Assembly: GCA_050008355.1 (NCBI GenBank)
Contig: JBEKMT010000008.1
Span: 3,568 to 67,567, forward strand
Length of the DNA: 64,000 nt
Source of the DNA: Verrucomicrobiota bacterium
Lineage (GTDB): Bacteria; Verrucomicrobiota; Verrucomicrobiia; Limisphaerales; UBA11358
Reading direction: 5' to 3'
The notes under the pieces are model-generated. The model saw only the letters and a program-made list of their open reading frames with translations, was not told the origin of the DNA and did not search any database. The position numbers and the translations under genes were made by a program. Below are positions 37,704 to 49,892 of this stretch, piece by piece; within the stretch, counting starts at the first letter, position 1, and each line of letters opens with the position of its first letter.

Positions 37704-39059
37704 ATGCCCAGTGTTTTCATCAAAACGTACGGTTGCCAGATGAACGAGCGCGACAGCGAAGCGGTCGCCGCCCAGCTCGTGTCCAAAGGTTATTCGCTGG
37801 CCAAGTCAGAATCGAACGCTGATGTCATTTTATTGAACACTTGCAGCGTCCGGGATTTTGCGGAGCAGAAAGCCGTTAATAAGATGCGCAACGTCATTGG
37901 CACGGCCCGCAGCGAAAAGCGCAATCAAATTGTCGGTTTCATGGGCTGCATGGCGCAAAGTCGCGGGCGGGAGCTGATCGATAAACTTCCCGATGTTGAC
38001 CTCGTCCTGGGAACCCAGAAATTCCATCGGGCCGCGGAATATCTCGATGAATTGCTCACCGGCAAACGCGCGAAGATCGTGGATATCGAGGAGGAAAAAA
38101 ACAGCGAGTCTACCATTCGCGAGCATTTGGTCAACGGCAATGCCAAGACCTCCGTGTCCGCTTTCGTCAGCATCATGCAAGGCTGCAATCAATACTGCAC
38201 CTTCTGCATCGTGCCCTATACCCGGGGAGAAGAGCGCAGCCGCACCATTCCGGATATCGTCGCCGAATGCCGCGAACTGGTGGCAGGTGGCGTGCGGGAA
38301 ATCACCCTGCTGGGCCAGATAGTCACCAGCTACGGCAAACGTGACATTGCCACGAGCCAGGGCAAATCCGCGTTTGTGCAACTACTGGACGCCGTCCATG
38401 AGATTGACGGGCTGGAGCGCATTCGCTTCACTTCGCCCCACCCCAAAGGTTACGGTGATGACCTGGCTGAGGCATATGCCCGGCTGCCTAAACTGTGCGA
38501 AAGCGCACATATCCCTTTACAAAGCGGCAGTGACCGCATACTCAAATTGATGCATCGCGGCTACACACGCGAAAAATTTCTGGGAATCGTTCAAAAATTG
38601 CGCCGCGCGAAACCAGACATCGGCATCACGACCGACATCATCGTCGGTTTTCCCGGCGAAACCGAAAGTGATTTTGAAGAAACGCTCTCCCTCTGCCACG
38701 AAGTGGCTTTCGACAACGCCTATATCTTCAAATATTCAGAGCGACGCGACACTCCCGCCGCAGATATGCCCGATCAGGTCCCGCAGGACGTCCGCGAGGA
38801 ACGGAATCATCGTTTGTTGGATCTGGTGAACAAAATCGCTGCACGCAAATACGACGCGTTCATCGGTCGCCACGTGCAAATCCTCGTTGAAGGTCCGAGC
38901 AAAAAAAATGCAGCCCGTTATACCGGCCGTACTCGTTGCAATCGCATCGTCCTGTTCGACGGCAGCGAACGTCATCTCGGCCAGTTGATGGACCTGAGAA
39001 TTGAGCGTACCGGCTCCTTCACACTTTATGGCAACCCGGCGATTGTGAATCTGGATTAA
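37704..39059 (+). CDS. miaB: tRNA-2-methylthio-N6-dimethylallyladenosine synthase MiaB
   Basis: The N-terminus is MPSVFIKTYGCQMNERDSE (UPF0004/MTTase). The radical-SAM box is CNQYCTFCIVPYTRG. A C-terminal TRAM-like region is present. The protein is 451 aa. Confidence 0.93.
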   Translation: MPSVFIKTYGCQMNERDSEAVAAQLVSKGYSLAKSESNADVILLNTCSVRDFAEQKAVNKMRNVIGTARSEKRNQIVGFMGCMAQSRGRELIDKLPDVDLVLGTQKFHRAAEYLDELLTGKRAKIVDIEEEKNSESTIREHLVNGNAKTSVSAFVSIMQGCNQYCTFCIVPYTRGEERSRTIPDIVAECRELVAGGVREITLLGQIVTSYGKRDIATSQGKSAFVQLLDAVHEIDGLERIRFTSPHPKGYGDDLAEAYARLPKLCESAHIPLQSGSDRILKLMHRGYTREKFLGIVQKLRRAKPDIGITTDIIVGFPGETESDFEETLSLCHEVAFDNAYIFKYSERRDTPAADMPDQVPQDVREERNHRLLDLVNKIAARKYDAFIGRHVQILVEGPSKKNAARYTGRTRCNRIVLFDGSERHLGQLMDLRIERTGSFTLYGNPAIVNLD

Positions 39060-39244
39060 TCATTGAAGGGTTGACCGTTTGAGATCCAATGTGAGGCTTA
39101 ATGGGTTTTAAGCTTCGATCGGCCAAACTACAAGCGCCCGGAGGAGCTCCATGATCAACCTCTAACATCGACTTCTTCCGAGGAGTGGTCTGTTACCCCG
39201 CCCAACCCGCTTGGATCCAGCCCCTGCAAATTCAACCGATTTGA

Positions 39245-39954
39245 TCAAGTCAGTCGCATGGTCAGCCTCGAGTTGGCTACTGTTGGAGCCGGGACAAAGA
39301 TCCTGCACAGGACAAGATGAGTGGAAAAAAAGGCGACCAGCCACAAGACTCCTGGCCACAGGATGACATAAAGAATTTCGTTAATCCAGGTTTGCGGCTG
39401 TCCGTTGTTAAAACCGTACAGATAGTTAATGTTGATGGGCTGTTCAGGGGTAGCCAGGTGGGCTCCGGCAGGCGGCGTAAAAAATAACAGGTCAAAACCA
39501 ACCCGGAGGCCACAACCGTCCAAGCTAACCATGCTCCTTTATCGTAGCCCAGTCGGAACAGTAGTCAGACGAGCAGCAGTGGCAGCCAGCCGTGAAACAG
39601 TGACAGATCGCCCGTGAACAGCAAAAGCCGGCGGTCGAACATGTAACCGGTAAGGTTTAGAAAGTGGAACCCAGACAAATGATTGCCAAAATCGGCGAGC
39701 CAAAGGCTCTGCGGCAACAAAATACCCACAGCGGACTTACTGATGAGGAGGGAACTCTCCAGCCACATTCCCGCGACGGTAAACATAAGAGCGGCATCGC
39801 AGAGCCATAAAAAATTGGCCGGACCGTAAACGTGCACATAAACAGGAATGAGGACGGCGAGAAAGACGGCACCAGCCAGTTTGGCAGCGAGAGGGATTTG
39901 GTTCGGTTGAATCCTGGGCGGCAACACAGCAACGGCCGGAGATGATGACTGCAA
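39245..39954 (-). pseudogene. Membrane-protein gene interrupted by an in-frame TGA and a frameshift
   Basis: ORF A (39565-39954) ends ...FHGWLPLLLV-TGA. The same frame then continues sensibly as LLFRLGYDKGAWLAWTVVASGLVLTCYFL. After that, only a different frame (ORF 39245-39532) stays protein-like: PININYLYGFNNGQPQTWINEILYVILWPGVLWLVAFFSTHLVL. An A6/T6 run at 39479-39484 sits in the switch zone. Confidence 0.45.
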
Positions 39955-40203
39955 GACGGGTTCGGCGATTTCATCGGCTGAATTGATTTGTAAATCGCCT
40001 CAAAATGAACAAAGAAGAGACGGTGTAACATGGGGTCTTACCCGAACAGCCGCCTTGCCAAATGATTCATGCCCACTATTTTCGATTTAGGTTTGCCTTT
40101 TCCGGATGCCGGGTTTTAAGCTCCAAGCGTGCATTGCATCGTGAACTCAAGAATCAAATCGGGCGATGGGTTCGACTGTTGAATATAAACCGGAAATTAG
40201 CGA

Positions 40204-40758
40204 ATGGAGGATTCGGTTGGCAGAGAAGTTGCTAATTTTCCCGCAGGTATGGATGAACTCATATCAGCATTAGTTCCGCCAAAACAGCAAGCCCACGTGC
40301 AGCAACTGCTGGACGACCCCGGTTCGCGAAACCTGATTCGCCAGCAATTAAGCCATTTGGCGGAGGATAACGCCGGTTTGGTTCCGCAAAATTCGTTTAG
40401 CTGGATCCTCTGCAAGCTATCCACCTTTGGGGCTGAGGAAACGGACACGTTCAGAATCTACCAGGCTTTTCTATCCCAACTGAATCAAATTGGACAGATG
40501 TGTCGCATGTTATCCGTTGACGGTGAACACTGGAGATTTGACTCCCCGGCAGCCGTCGCCAACCGGATTACAATTGGCCTCGGCTTATTTTACGAGCAAG
40601 CGGCGCGCCGTCATCAGCGTCGCGCCGCGCCGTCGCCGCAATTTTATCAACAAATGGCAATCAGTTGCTTTGAGGTGACCGGCTACAAAACCATCGCGTC
40701 TGAGCTGCCAGAATGGCTTGAATTCCTGCGGACTAACTTCGTGCTGCCTCAACTTTAA
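40204..40758 (+). CDS. Hypothetical protein (184 aa)
   Basis: It is an ATG-initiated ORF with non-repetitive, helix-rich composition and no competing ORF. I recognise no family. Confidence 0.5.
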   Translation: MEDSVGREVANFPAGMDELISALVPPKQQAHVQQLLDDPGSRNLIRQQLSHLAEDNAGLVPQNSFSWILCKLSTFGAEETDTFRIYQAFLSQLNQIGQMCRMLSVDGEHWRFDSPAAVANRITIGLGLFYEQAARRHQRRAAPSPQFYQQMAISCFEVTGYKTIASELPEWLEFLRTNFVLPQL

Positions 40759-40880
40759 GTCGTCAGTGGGAAGTGACGGGTTCGAGCAGGCCGCTTGCTT
40801 TGCGATTTTTGAGGCATTGCAGCTTCCAGTGTCCAACCTTCAAGCGCCCGGAGACAATCCAATGATCGAACAGTCTTCGG

Positions 40881-42140
40881 TTATTTCTTGCCTTTGAAAT
40901 AAGGACAGCAAAGCGGATCCCCAATGACCACATCTTCCCATCCCACAAAATGGGAGGCAGCGTAAAAACTTTCCGCCATCGTGTAACCGGAAGTATAGCG
41001 ATCCAGCGCAATGGTAGGTGAGGCAATGGCCTGCAGTAATGGCTCGTCCGTGTACCCTTTGCCACAGGTCAAACCGTGGGCGATCAAATCATCCAGCAAT
41101 GATTGCCCGCCGCTGGTAGGCAGGAAAGTCCGGCCGCTGGTTGACACCGCCGTATCGCTCAGGGATCCGGGCGCAAAAAAGAGTGTCTGGTACGCCTCGC
41201 TGGAATATCGGGCGTCATTGCTGCCCCAGGAAAAATAACCCAGCAGATTGGTGCGCTGACCGATGAAGGTCTCGCTCAAGTCAATTTCATCGGGTATGCC
41301 GCGTTTGAGCAAAACGTCATGAGCGTGTTGCATGTCCGCGTTGTAGTCACTCCAGGGCGACTCGCTCAATATGGTCGTGTCGCTGATGGGGGCTGGCTGC
41401 CTGGCCTTGTCGCCCAATCCGAAGATCGGCTGCACGTCGAATAAAACCTTGCCAGGGGGGAGGCCTTGTTCCGCGGCCAACGCCCGGGTGGTCAGCGCCT
41501 CCGCCTGTGCTGTCGTGTACCCATCCAAACGGGTCACCAGATAACCGCCAAATTTTGCGTGCGAAAATGGTTCACAGGCATTCCAGTAACGGTTGGAATA
41601 GGCACAGCCAATCGCTCCCGAGCCAGTAATATCAATTTTCAGCACGCCGGGCAGATTCGGATAGTCAAACGCAGCCAGAGTACTGTCCACAGACGGATGC
41701 CCCCGAATATTTCGAGGCTCCTGGCTGTGCTCATCACAGCTTCCCATAGCCGCGCCGGTGATACGGATGGGAATGCCTTTGGTCAACACAATGAAGTCAA
41801 TATTGGTGTGCCTCGCAAGATATGCCCGGATCGGCCCTTCCACGGCTTGGCTGTACTCAGACAGGGTGATGGTTTCATTTACAGCGCTTAGGGCTGAATC
41901 CTGGCACCGGATGGAAACGATGTTTCTGATCTGCCGCTTGCGGGCATAATCCGCAGCAATCGCCTTCGACGCCGGACTGTTTTCGTTGCAAACCACCAAC
42001 ACCTCGTCCGCGCTTCGCTGTTGCGGTTCGCCCGCGTTGGCTGCGCTTGCCAGAGTCATGGCGAACAGGCAGAACCACAGAACCCTGGAGAATCGGCTTT
42101 TCAGCCTCATTGAGAACGGGAATAATAGTGGCGGGATCAT
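40881..42140 (-). CDS. Secreted TIGR03790-like family protein (function unknown)
   Basis: It has a signal peptide (VLWFCLFAMTLASAANA). VLVVCNENSPASKAIAADYARKRQI and the C-terminal GKGYTDEPLLQAI...GYTMAESFYAASHFVGWEDVVIGDPLCCPYF resemble what I recall of the TIGR03790 family. The family assignment is from memory only. Confidence 0.7.
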   Translation of the reverse strand: MIPPLLFPFSMRLKSRFSRVLWFCLFAMTLASAANAGEPQQRSADEVLVVCNENSPASKAIAADYARKRQIRNIVSIRCQDSALSAVNETITLSEYSQAVEGPIRAYLARHTNIDFIVLTKGIPIRITGAAMGSCDEHSQEPRNIRGHPSVDSTLAAFDYPNLPGVLKIDITGSGAIGCAYSNRYWNACEPFSHAKFGGYLVTRLDGYTTAQAEALTTRALAAEQGLPPGKVLFDVQPIFGLGDKARQPAPISDTTILSESPWSDYNADMQHAHDVLLKRGIPDEIDLSETFIGQRTNLLGYFSWGSNDARYSSEAYQTLFFAPGSLSDTAVSTSGRTFLPTSGGQSLLDDLIAHGLTCGKGYTDEPLLQAIASPTIALDRYTSGYTMAESFYAASHFVGWEDVVIGDPLCCPYFKGKK

Positions 42141-42240
42141 GCCCGGCGAGCGTAGTTTCAGCCGTCGTATACGTCAACGATTGTGTGGGTTTGAATTTTT
42201 CGTGGTTATTGTTGTCCATTCGTGGTTATCATTCCTGAAA

Positions 42241-42795
42241 ATGAAATTGTCGCTTTTGTCCATTTTACTCGGCCTCGGCATGGGGCTGCCCCAGATTTAC
42301 GGCTTGGCCAATCCACAAAAGTTCACAGCCTCGGTCCGGAAGTTCCCGCGCAGCTTGCCGGCCGGGGTTATTCTGATGCTACTCGGCACGGCGTGGTTCG
42401 TCTGGAACGTTGACTCGGAACCGATTGCAGATTTTTCCGCGTTTAAACCCTACATGCTCGGCGGCTTCGCGGCAATCGGCGTGCTTTCGTGCATTTTCGT
42501 ACAAGATTTTTTGGCCGTGCGCGGCTTGGCCGTCGTCTTTTTGTTGCTGGGCAAATTGATGGTCGACACCGGCAGGCCGCACCTCGACGAATCCGGTTTC
42601 GTTCTGGTGATTCAGGCCTGGGCTTACGTGCTCATTCTGGCGGGGATTTATTTCACGGTAGCGCCATGGCGTTTGCGCGACTTGTTGAATTGGGCGACCG
42701 CCAACGAGGCGCGGGTCAAAATCGGTAGTACCATCCGGCTGGGGTTCGCACTTTTCGTCCTGGTGCTGGGTTTGACGGCATTCCGCGCCATGTAA
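42241..42795 (+). CDS. Integral membrane protein (hypothetical)
   Basis: The ATG at 42241 gives MKLSLLSILLGLGMGLPQIYGL..., followed by four or five hydrophobic helices. The longer ORF-track start at 41986 would run antisense into the neighbouring gene. The stop is 1 nt before the pdxH start. Confidence 0.65.
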   Translation: MKLSLLSILLGLGMGLPQIYGLANPQKFTASVRKFPRSLPAGVILMLLGTAWFVWNVDSEPIADFSAFKPYMLGGFAAIGVLSCIFVQDFLAVRGLAVVFLLLGKLMVDTGRPHLDESGFVLVIQAWAYVLILAGIYFTVAPWRLRDLLNWATANEARVKIGSTIRLGFALFVLVLGLTAFRAM

Positions 42796-42796
42796 A

Positions 42797-43438
42797 ATGA
42801 ACCTGTCCGATTACCGCGAAAATTACCAACGCGGCGAGCTTGACCGCACGACCCTCAGCGCGAATCCCTTGGACCAGTTTGAATCGTGGTTTCGCGATGC
42901 CACCGGTGAACAATCGCAAAGCCGTTGGCGCAAGGTCAGCATCGCCCTGTACAAACTCTGGAGTGCGATCTGCAACCATCGTCCGCCCGATGTTAACGCG
43001 ATGACCCTCGCCACCGCGGACAAAAACGGGAAGCCGTCAACCCGCACCGTGCTTCTCAAAAGCATGGACGAACGCGGCTTCATCTTCTTCACGAATTACG
43101 ACAGCCGCAAAGGGCTTGAAATGACGGAAAATCCCAATGCTGCGCTGACTTTTTTCTGGTCGGAGCTGGAACAATCTCGTCCCCGCGGCAGCCAGATTGG
43201 CGCCTGGGCCTCAAACCAGAGCGAGGCCATTCCCGACCGTGCTTCTCTCCAAGCCAAGTGGCGCGAACTGGAGAAGAGATTCCCGGGTGAAGTCCCCTTG
43301 CCGGACAATTGGGGCGGCTTCATCTTGAAACCGGAACGGATTGAATTCTGGCAGGGCCGGCCAAGCCGTTTGCACGATCGGTTCAGTTATGTGCGCCTGG
43401 CGGATGGCAATTGGAAAATGGATCGATTGGCCCCGTGA
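42797..43438 (+). CDS. pdxH: Pyridoxamine 5'-phosphate oxidase (atypical: one insertion, one core deletion)
   Basis: The ends align closely with E. coli PdxH (YRENYQRGELDRTTLSANPLDQFESW...; ...PLPDNWGGFILKPERIEFWQGRPSRLHDRFSYVRLADGNWKMDRLAP). About 21 aa around the RQV...YF.SRP segment are missing, and about 23 extra aa follow WFRDA. Confidence 0.8.
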   Translation: MNLSDYRENYQRGELDRTTLSANPLDQFESWFRDATGEQSQSRWRKVSIALYKLWSAICNHRPPDVNAMTLATADKNGKPSTRTVLLKSMDERGFIFFTNYDSRKGLEMTENPNAALTFFWSELEQSRPRGSQIGAWASNQSEAIPDRASLQAKWRELEKRFPGEVPLPDNWGGFILKPERIEFWQGRPSRLHDRFSYVRLADGNWKMDRLAP

Positions 43439-43516
43439 AGTTACGCACCATTTGGACGAACCATGCCGCGCGAAGGTCGCGAAGAAGCCGAAGCGGGCGA
43501 TTGACTTTTCCCGGAC

Positions 43517-44389
43517 TCAGAACGTGTAAGTGACGCCGCTGACGAGCTTAACGTCGTTGCGCCGAAAACTAGGTGCCGGTTGGCTGTTGTAACTATCGTC
43601 CAGATACACCTGCAAGCTCACGTTTTTGTACAAGGCGGATTCCGCGCCAATCTCGGAGTTTACAATATAATCGCTGAGTTTGTTGACCTGGGGCAGTATT
43701 TCGACGTTTTGCCAAACCCGCGCGGAATTTTTGTTAAACTTGTGCTCAAAACGTTCAGCGAGCCGCATGGTAGCATAGGTATTATCGGTTTCGCCCACGC
43801 GCTCAACCACGATACCGGGACCAATTTCAGCCGCCAGCGTGGTATTCGTTTGTTTGATGAGGTAATAGCCCAAGCCGGAGGTGAGAGCGAAGCGGTATTT
43901 CACCTGGGCAATGCCGTCATGCAAACCTTCACCACGGATGTACGAATACCATTTCTCGGAAAACAGGTGGTTCCATTGTGCGAAACCATGATAAAGCTCG
44001 TTGTTCGCCACACCGTTGGCAGAACCGTAGGTGACATCCGCTCCCATGTTGAATTCGTTGACTGGCGTTTTCTTGTCCGTGATAATTTTGGCAGTGGCTA
44101 GCAAGGAATCGCTGTTTCCGCGCGTCAGCGTTAGCCCGGCAGTCAAGGTGCTCACCCAGGGATACTTGGCTGGCGGGGCAGTCTTGGTGGTGGCACCTGC
44201 AGCCACTACCTTCGCCGGGGCTTCGACCTTCGCCAGCACATTCGTGACCGTCACAACGTTCGTGACGGTAATCGTCACGACGTTCGTCACCGTAACGAGG
44301 TTTGTCTGGAGGTTGGTTTGCGCCCGGGCAGTTAAAACAAACACCGCCAAAATCCCGAAGAACCAGACTGCAAATTTGGTAAATTTCAT
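43517..44389 (-). CDS. DUF481-family outer-membrane beta-barrel protein
   Basis: It has a signal peptide, alternating beta-strand sequence (LTAGLTLTRGNSDS...) and a terminal ...LVSGVTYTF. The overall resemblance is to YdiY/DUF481 proteins. Confidence 0.75.
   Translation of the reverse strand: MKFTKFAVWFFGILAVFVLTARAQTNLQTNLVTVTNVVTITVTNVVTVTNVLAKVEAPAKVVAAGATTKTAPPAKYPWVSTLTAGLTLTRGNSDSLLATAKIITDKKTPVNEFNMGADVTYGSANGVANNELYHGFAQWNHLFSEKWYSYIRGEGLHDGIAQVKYRFALTSGLGYYLIKQTNTTLAAEIGPGIVVERVGETDNTYATMRLAERFEHKFNKNSARVWQNVEILPQVNKLSDYIVNSEIGAESALYKNVSLQVYLDDSYNSQPAPSFRRNDVKLVSGVTYTF
44237..44317 (-). repeat. Short in-frame tandem repeat encoding (T)VTNVV units
   Basis: The protein reads TNLQTNLVTVTNVVTITVTNVVTVTNV directly after the signal peptide. 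The DNA shows reiterated gtcac(g/a)acgttcgt(g/c)ac units. Confidence 0.6.
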
Positions 44390-44495
44390 AGTCTTATAAA
44401 GCCGTTAAACGCCAAACGACGTCATAACAGGTCGGGAATGAAAAAAAAATTACGGACTCAAAGCAAGCCCGAATCACCTTTTGTTTCAAATTATT

Positions 44496-47123
44496 TTAGC
44501 CGGCAACATTCTCCGTTTCCTCGCCAACGACTTGAGCGATCGCCTGAAGTTTGTCGCCCGCGTCCAAATTGACCAGTTTTACACCCATCGTATTGCGGCC
44601 GGCTTCGCGGATGTCTTTTACCGACGTGCGCACCATCTGTCCACCCACGGTGATGAGCATGATTTCATCCGCGTCGCGCACGGTCAATGCCCCAACCACG
44701 CCGCCGGTTTTATCGCCGGTCTTCATGGTGATGATCCCCTTGCCGCCGCGCGATTGGACGCGATACTCGTCAAACGATGTGCGCTTGCCGATGCCGTTTT
44801 CTCCGGCGACAAGCAGGGTGGCATCGGGAACCAGAATTGCAGCCGCCACTACCGCGTCATTAGCCTCAAGAGTGATTCCTTTGACGCCGCCCGCCGGACG
44901 ACCCATGGAGCGCACATCTTCTTCACTGAAGCGGATGCTCATGCCATCCTTGGTGATGATGACGACCTCGTCCGTACCGGTTGTCAGTTTTACGTCGATC
45001 AAGGTGTCGTTGGGTTCAATGCTGATGGCAATGATGCCTCCCTTCCGGACATTGGAAAACTCGTTCAGGGACGTTTTCTTGACGGTTCCCAGACGGGTCG
45101 TAAAGAACAACTCGCCCGCCTGCTGCCAGGTCACATCTTCCCGGTTCTCGTCGGTCTTTGATAAAATGCGGATCATGGCGGCGACTTTTTCGTCGGCCTT
45201 CAATTCCAACAGGTTGGCGATGCTGCGACCTTTCGCCGCCCGGCCCATGTCCGGAATTTCATGCACGCGCTCAACATAAACGCGGCCCGAATTCGTGAAA
45301 AACATCAGGTAATCGTGCGTACTGGCCGTAAAGAGATATTCGACGAAGTCCTTGTCATCCTCCGTTTCACCTTCACGCGTGGTCATGCCAATGACCCCCT
45401 TGCCGCCACGTTTTTGGGCGCGATACGAACTGACCGCAGTCCGCTTGATAAGGCCGGCGTGCGTGAGCGTGATGATGACGCCTTCGTTAGTGATCAAATC
45501 TTCAATGGCAATTTCGCCCTCGTCGGGAACAATTTCCGTTTTGCGCGGCGTGGCATGCTTTTCCTTGATGGCCAGCAATTCATTTTTCATGATCTCCATG
45601 ACGCGCGTTTCCTTCGCCAGGATGTCGAGCAGGTCCTTGATGACCTCCAGCAGCGCCTTGTACTCGGACTCAACCTTGTCAATTTCCAAGCCGGTCAATT
45701 GATACAGACGCAAATCCAAAATCGCGTCCACCTGGCGTTCGGTCAGGGAATAACGTCCATTTTCGACGCGTGCTTCGCTGCGAATGAGCAGACCCCATGA
45801 TTCCACCTGCACCCGGCTCCATTCAAACGCGAGCAGCTTGATGCGGGCCTCCTCCCGGTTTTTGCTCGAACGGATGATGTGAATGAACTCATCGAGGTTG
45901 GCAAGGGCAATGAGATACCCTTCCAACAATTCGGCTCGTTCCTCGGCCTTGCGCAGTTCAAAACGCGTGCGTCGCAAAATGACTTCGCGGCGGTGCTCAA
46001 TATAGCACTGGATCATCTCCTTGAGATTGAGCGTTTTCGGCTTGCCATGATCAATCGCCAGCGCGTTCACGCTAAACGTCACCTCCAGCTGGGTGTGTTG
46101 AAAGAGATTGTTGATGACGACCTTCGGATTTGCCTCGCGCTTGAGCTCCATTACGAGCCGCGTATTTTCGTCCGACTCGTTGCGCATCGCGGATATTTCC
46201 GTGATGATCTTTTCATTGACCAGGTCCGCGATTTTTTCTTCCAGCGCCGCGCGATTCACGTTGAAGGGAATTTCCGTGACGATCACCTGTTCGCGGTTGC
46301 CTTTAAGCTCCTCGACGCCGACACGACCACGCAACTTCACGCTGCCCTTTCCGGTCAGGAAATAATTCTTGATACCCTCGACACCGCAAATGATCCCGCC
46401 GGTGGGAAAGTCCGGTCCCTTGATGAATTTCATCAATTCGGGAATGGTGATGGTGGGCCTCTCAATCTGGGCACAGATGCCGTCAACGACTTCACCCAGA
46501 TTGTGCGGAGCCATGTTAGTCGCCATGCCGACGGCGATGCCCGTGCCGCCGTTGACGATCAAATTTGGAAACGCCGCCGGGAAGACCGTCGGTTCGGTCA
46601 TGCGCTCGTCGTAGTTCGGGACGAAGTCAACGGTGTCACGCTCCATGTCCGCCATGAGCGCCGCGCCGAGATGCGTTAGGCGCGCCTCGGTATAACGCAT
46701 GGCCGCCGGCGGATCGTTTTCGATGGAGCCGAAATTACCCTTGCCATCTACCAACCGCTCGCGCATCGCCCACGGCTGGGCCATGTGGACGAGCGTCGGG
46801 TAAATGACGGCTTCACCGTGCGGATGGTAGTTGCCGCTCGTATCGCCGCAGATCTTGGCACATTTGTAATGTTTGCGGCCGGGAAACAGCGACAATTCGT
46901 GCATCGCATACAGGATGCGCCGCTGCGATGGTTTCAAGCCATCCCGCACATCCGGCAATGCGCGCGAAATGATCACCGACATGGAATAATCGAGGAACGA
47001 ATTTTTGATTTCGTCCGCGACGTTGATTCGGGAAATTTTTTCGCCCTGTGAGTATGCTCCGCCGGAAGGCTGCGGTTGCGAATTTGGCGGTGTTGGTGGT
47101 GTCGGCTCGGTTTCGTCTGACAT
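44496..47123 (-). CDS. gyrA: DNA gyrase subunit A
   Basis: 875 aa. The sequence YSMSVIISRALPDVRDGLKPSQRRILYAM ... AAMRYTEARL includes the active-site Tyr context. C-terminal beta-pinwheel repeats are present. Confidence 0.97.
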   Translation of the reverse strand: MSDETEPTPPTPPNSQPQPSGGAYSQGEKISRINVADEIKNSFLDYSMSVIISRALPDVRDGLKPSQRRILYAMHELSLFPGRKHYKCAKICGDTSGNYHPHGEAVIYPTLVHMAQPWAMRERLVDGKGNFGSIENDPPAAMRYTEARLTHLGAALMADMERDTVDFVPNYDERMTEPTVFPAAFPNLIVNGGTGIAVGMATNMAPHNLGEVVDGICAQIERPTITIPELMKFIKGPDFPTGGIICGVEGIKNYFLTGKGSVKLRGRVGVEELKGNREQVIVTEIPFNVNRAALEEKIADLVNEKIITEISAMRNESDENTRLVMELKREANPKVVINNLFQHTQLEVTFSVNALAIDHGKPKTLNLKEMIQCYIEHRREVILRRTRFELRKAEERAELLEGYLIALANLDEFIHIIRSSKNREEARIKLLAFEWSRVQVESWGLLIRSEARVENGRYSLTERQVDAILDLRLYQLTGLEIDKVESEYKALLEVIKDLLDILAKETRVMEIMKNELLAIKEKHATPRKTEIVPDEGEIAIEDLITNEGVIITLTHAGLIKRTAVSSYRAQKRGGKGVIGMTTREGETEDDKDFVEYLFTASTHDYLMFFTNSGRVYVERVHEIPDMGRAAKGRSIANLLELKADEKVAAMIRILSKTDENREDVTWQQAGELFFTTRLGTVKKTSLNEFSNVRKGGIIAISIEPNDTLIDVKLTTGTDEVVIITKDGMSIRFSEEDVRSMGRPAGGVKGITLEANDAVVAAAILVPDATLLVAGENGIGKRTSFDEYRVQSRGGKGIITMKTGDKTGGVVGALTVRDADEIMLITVGGQMVRTSVKDIREAGRNTMGVKLVNLDAGDKLQAIAQVVGEETENVAG

Positions 47124-47151
47124 GGTTGGGTTGGCGGAAGATTAAAATTGG

Positions 47152-49725
<2,574 letters not shown>

Positions 49726-49892
49726 TCATTTCTCACAACGTTTATCTAAGGAAATATTGGCCTCAAATACCATTAGTTGTGGCATTTTTTCCTTGCCAAC
49801 CAAACCTGTTGTAGCCCACAAAAAAAACACGCTTCTCTCTATTTGGGACAAATCCAACTGGATTTTTTGCCGGCAGCCTTTATTTTGGCCGA

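Noticed and set aside
39565-39567. The in-frame TGA in the membrane-protein gene as a selenocysteine or programmed read-through codon.
   Set aside because: The context is a hydrophobic helix (LLLV-x-LLFRL) where Trp fits and a redox-active Sec does not. There is no obvious SECIS-like hairpin immediately downstream. A second lesion (the frameshift) in the same gene favours decay.
41986-42240. The N-terminal 85-aa extension of the 269-aa ORF 41986-42795.
   Set aside because: The extension is antisense to the 5' end of the TIGR03790-like gene and is Arg/Ser-rich. The internal ATG at 42241 begins a clean hydrophobic N-terminus, so the shorter gene was annotated.
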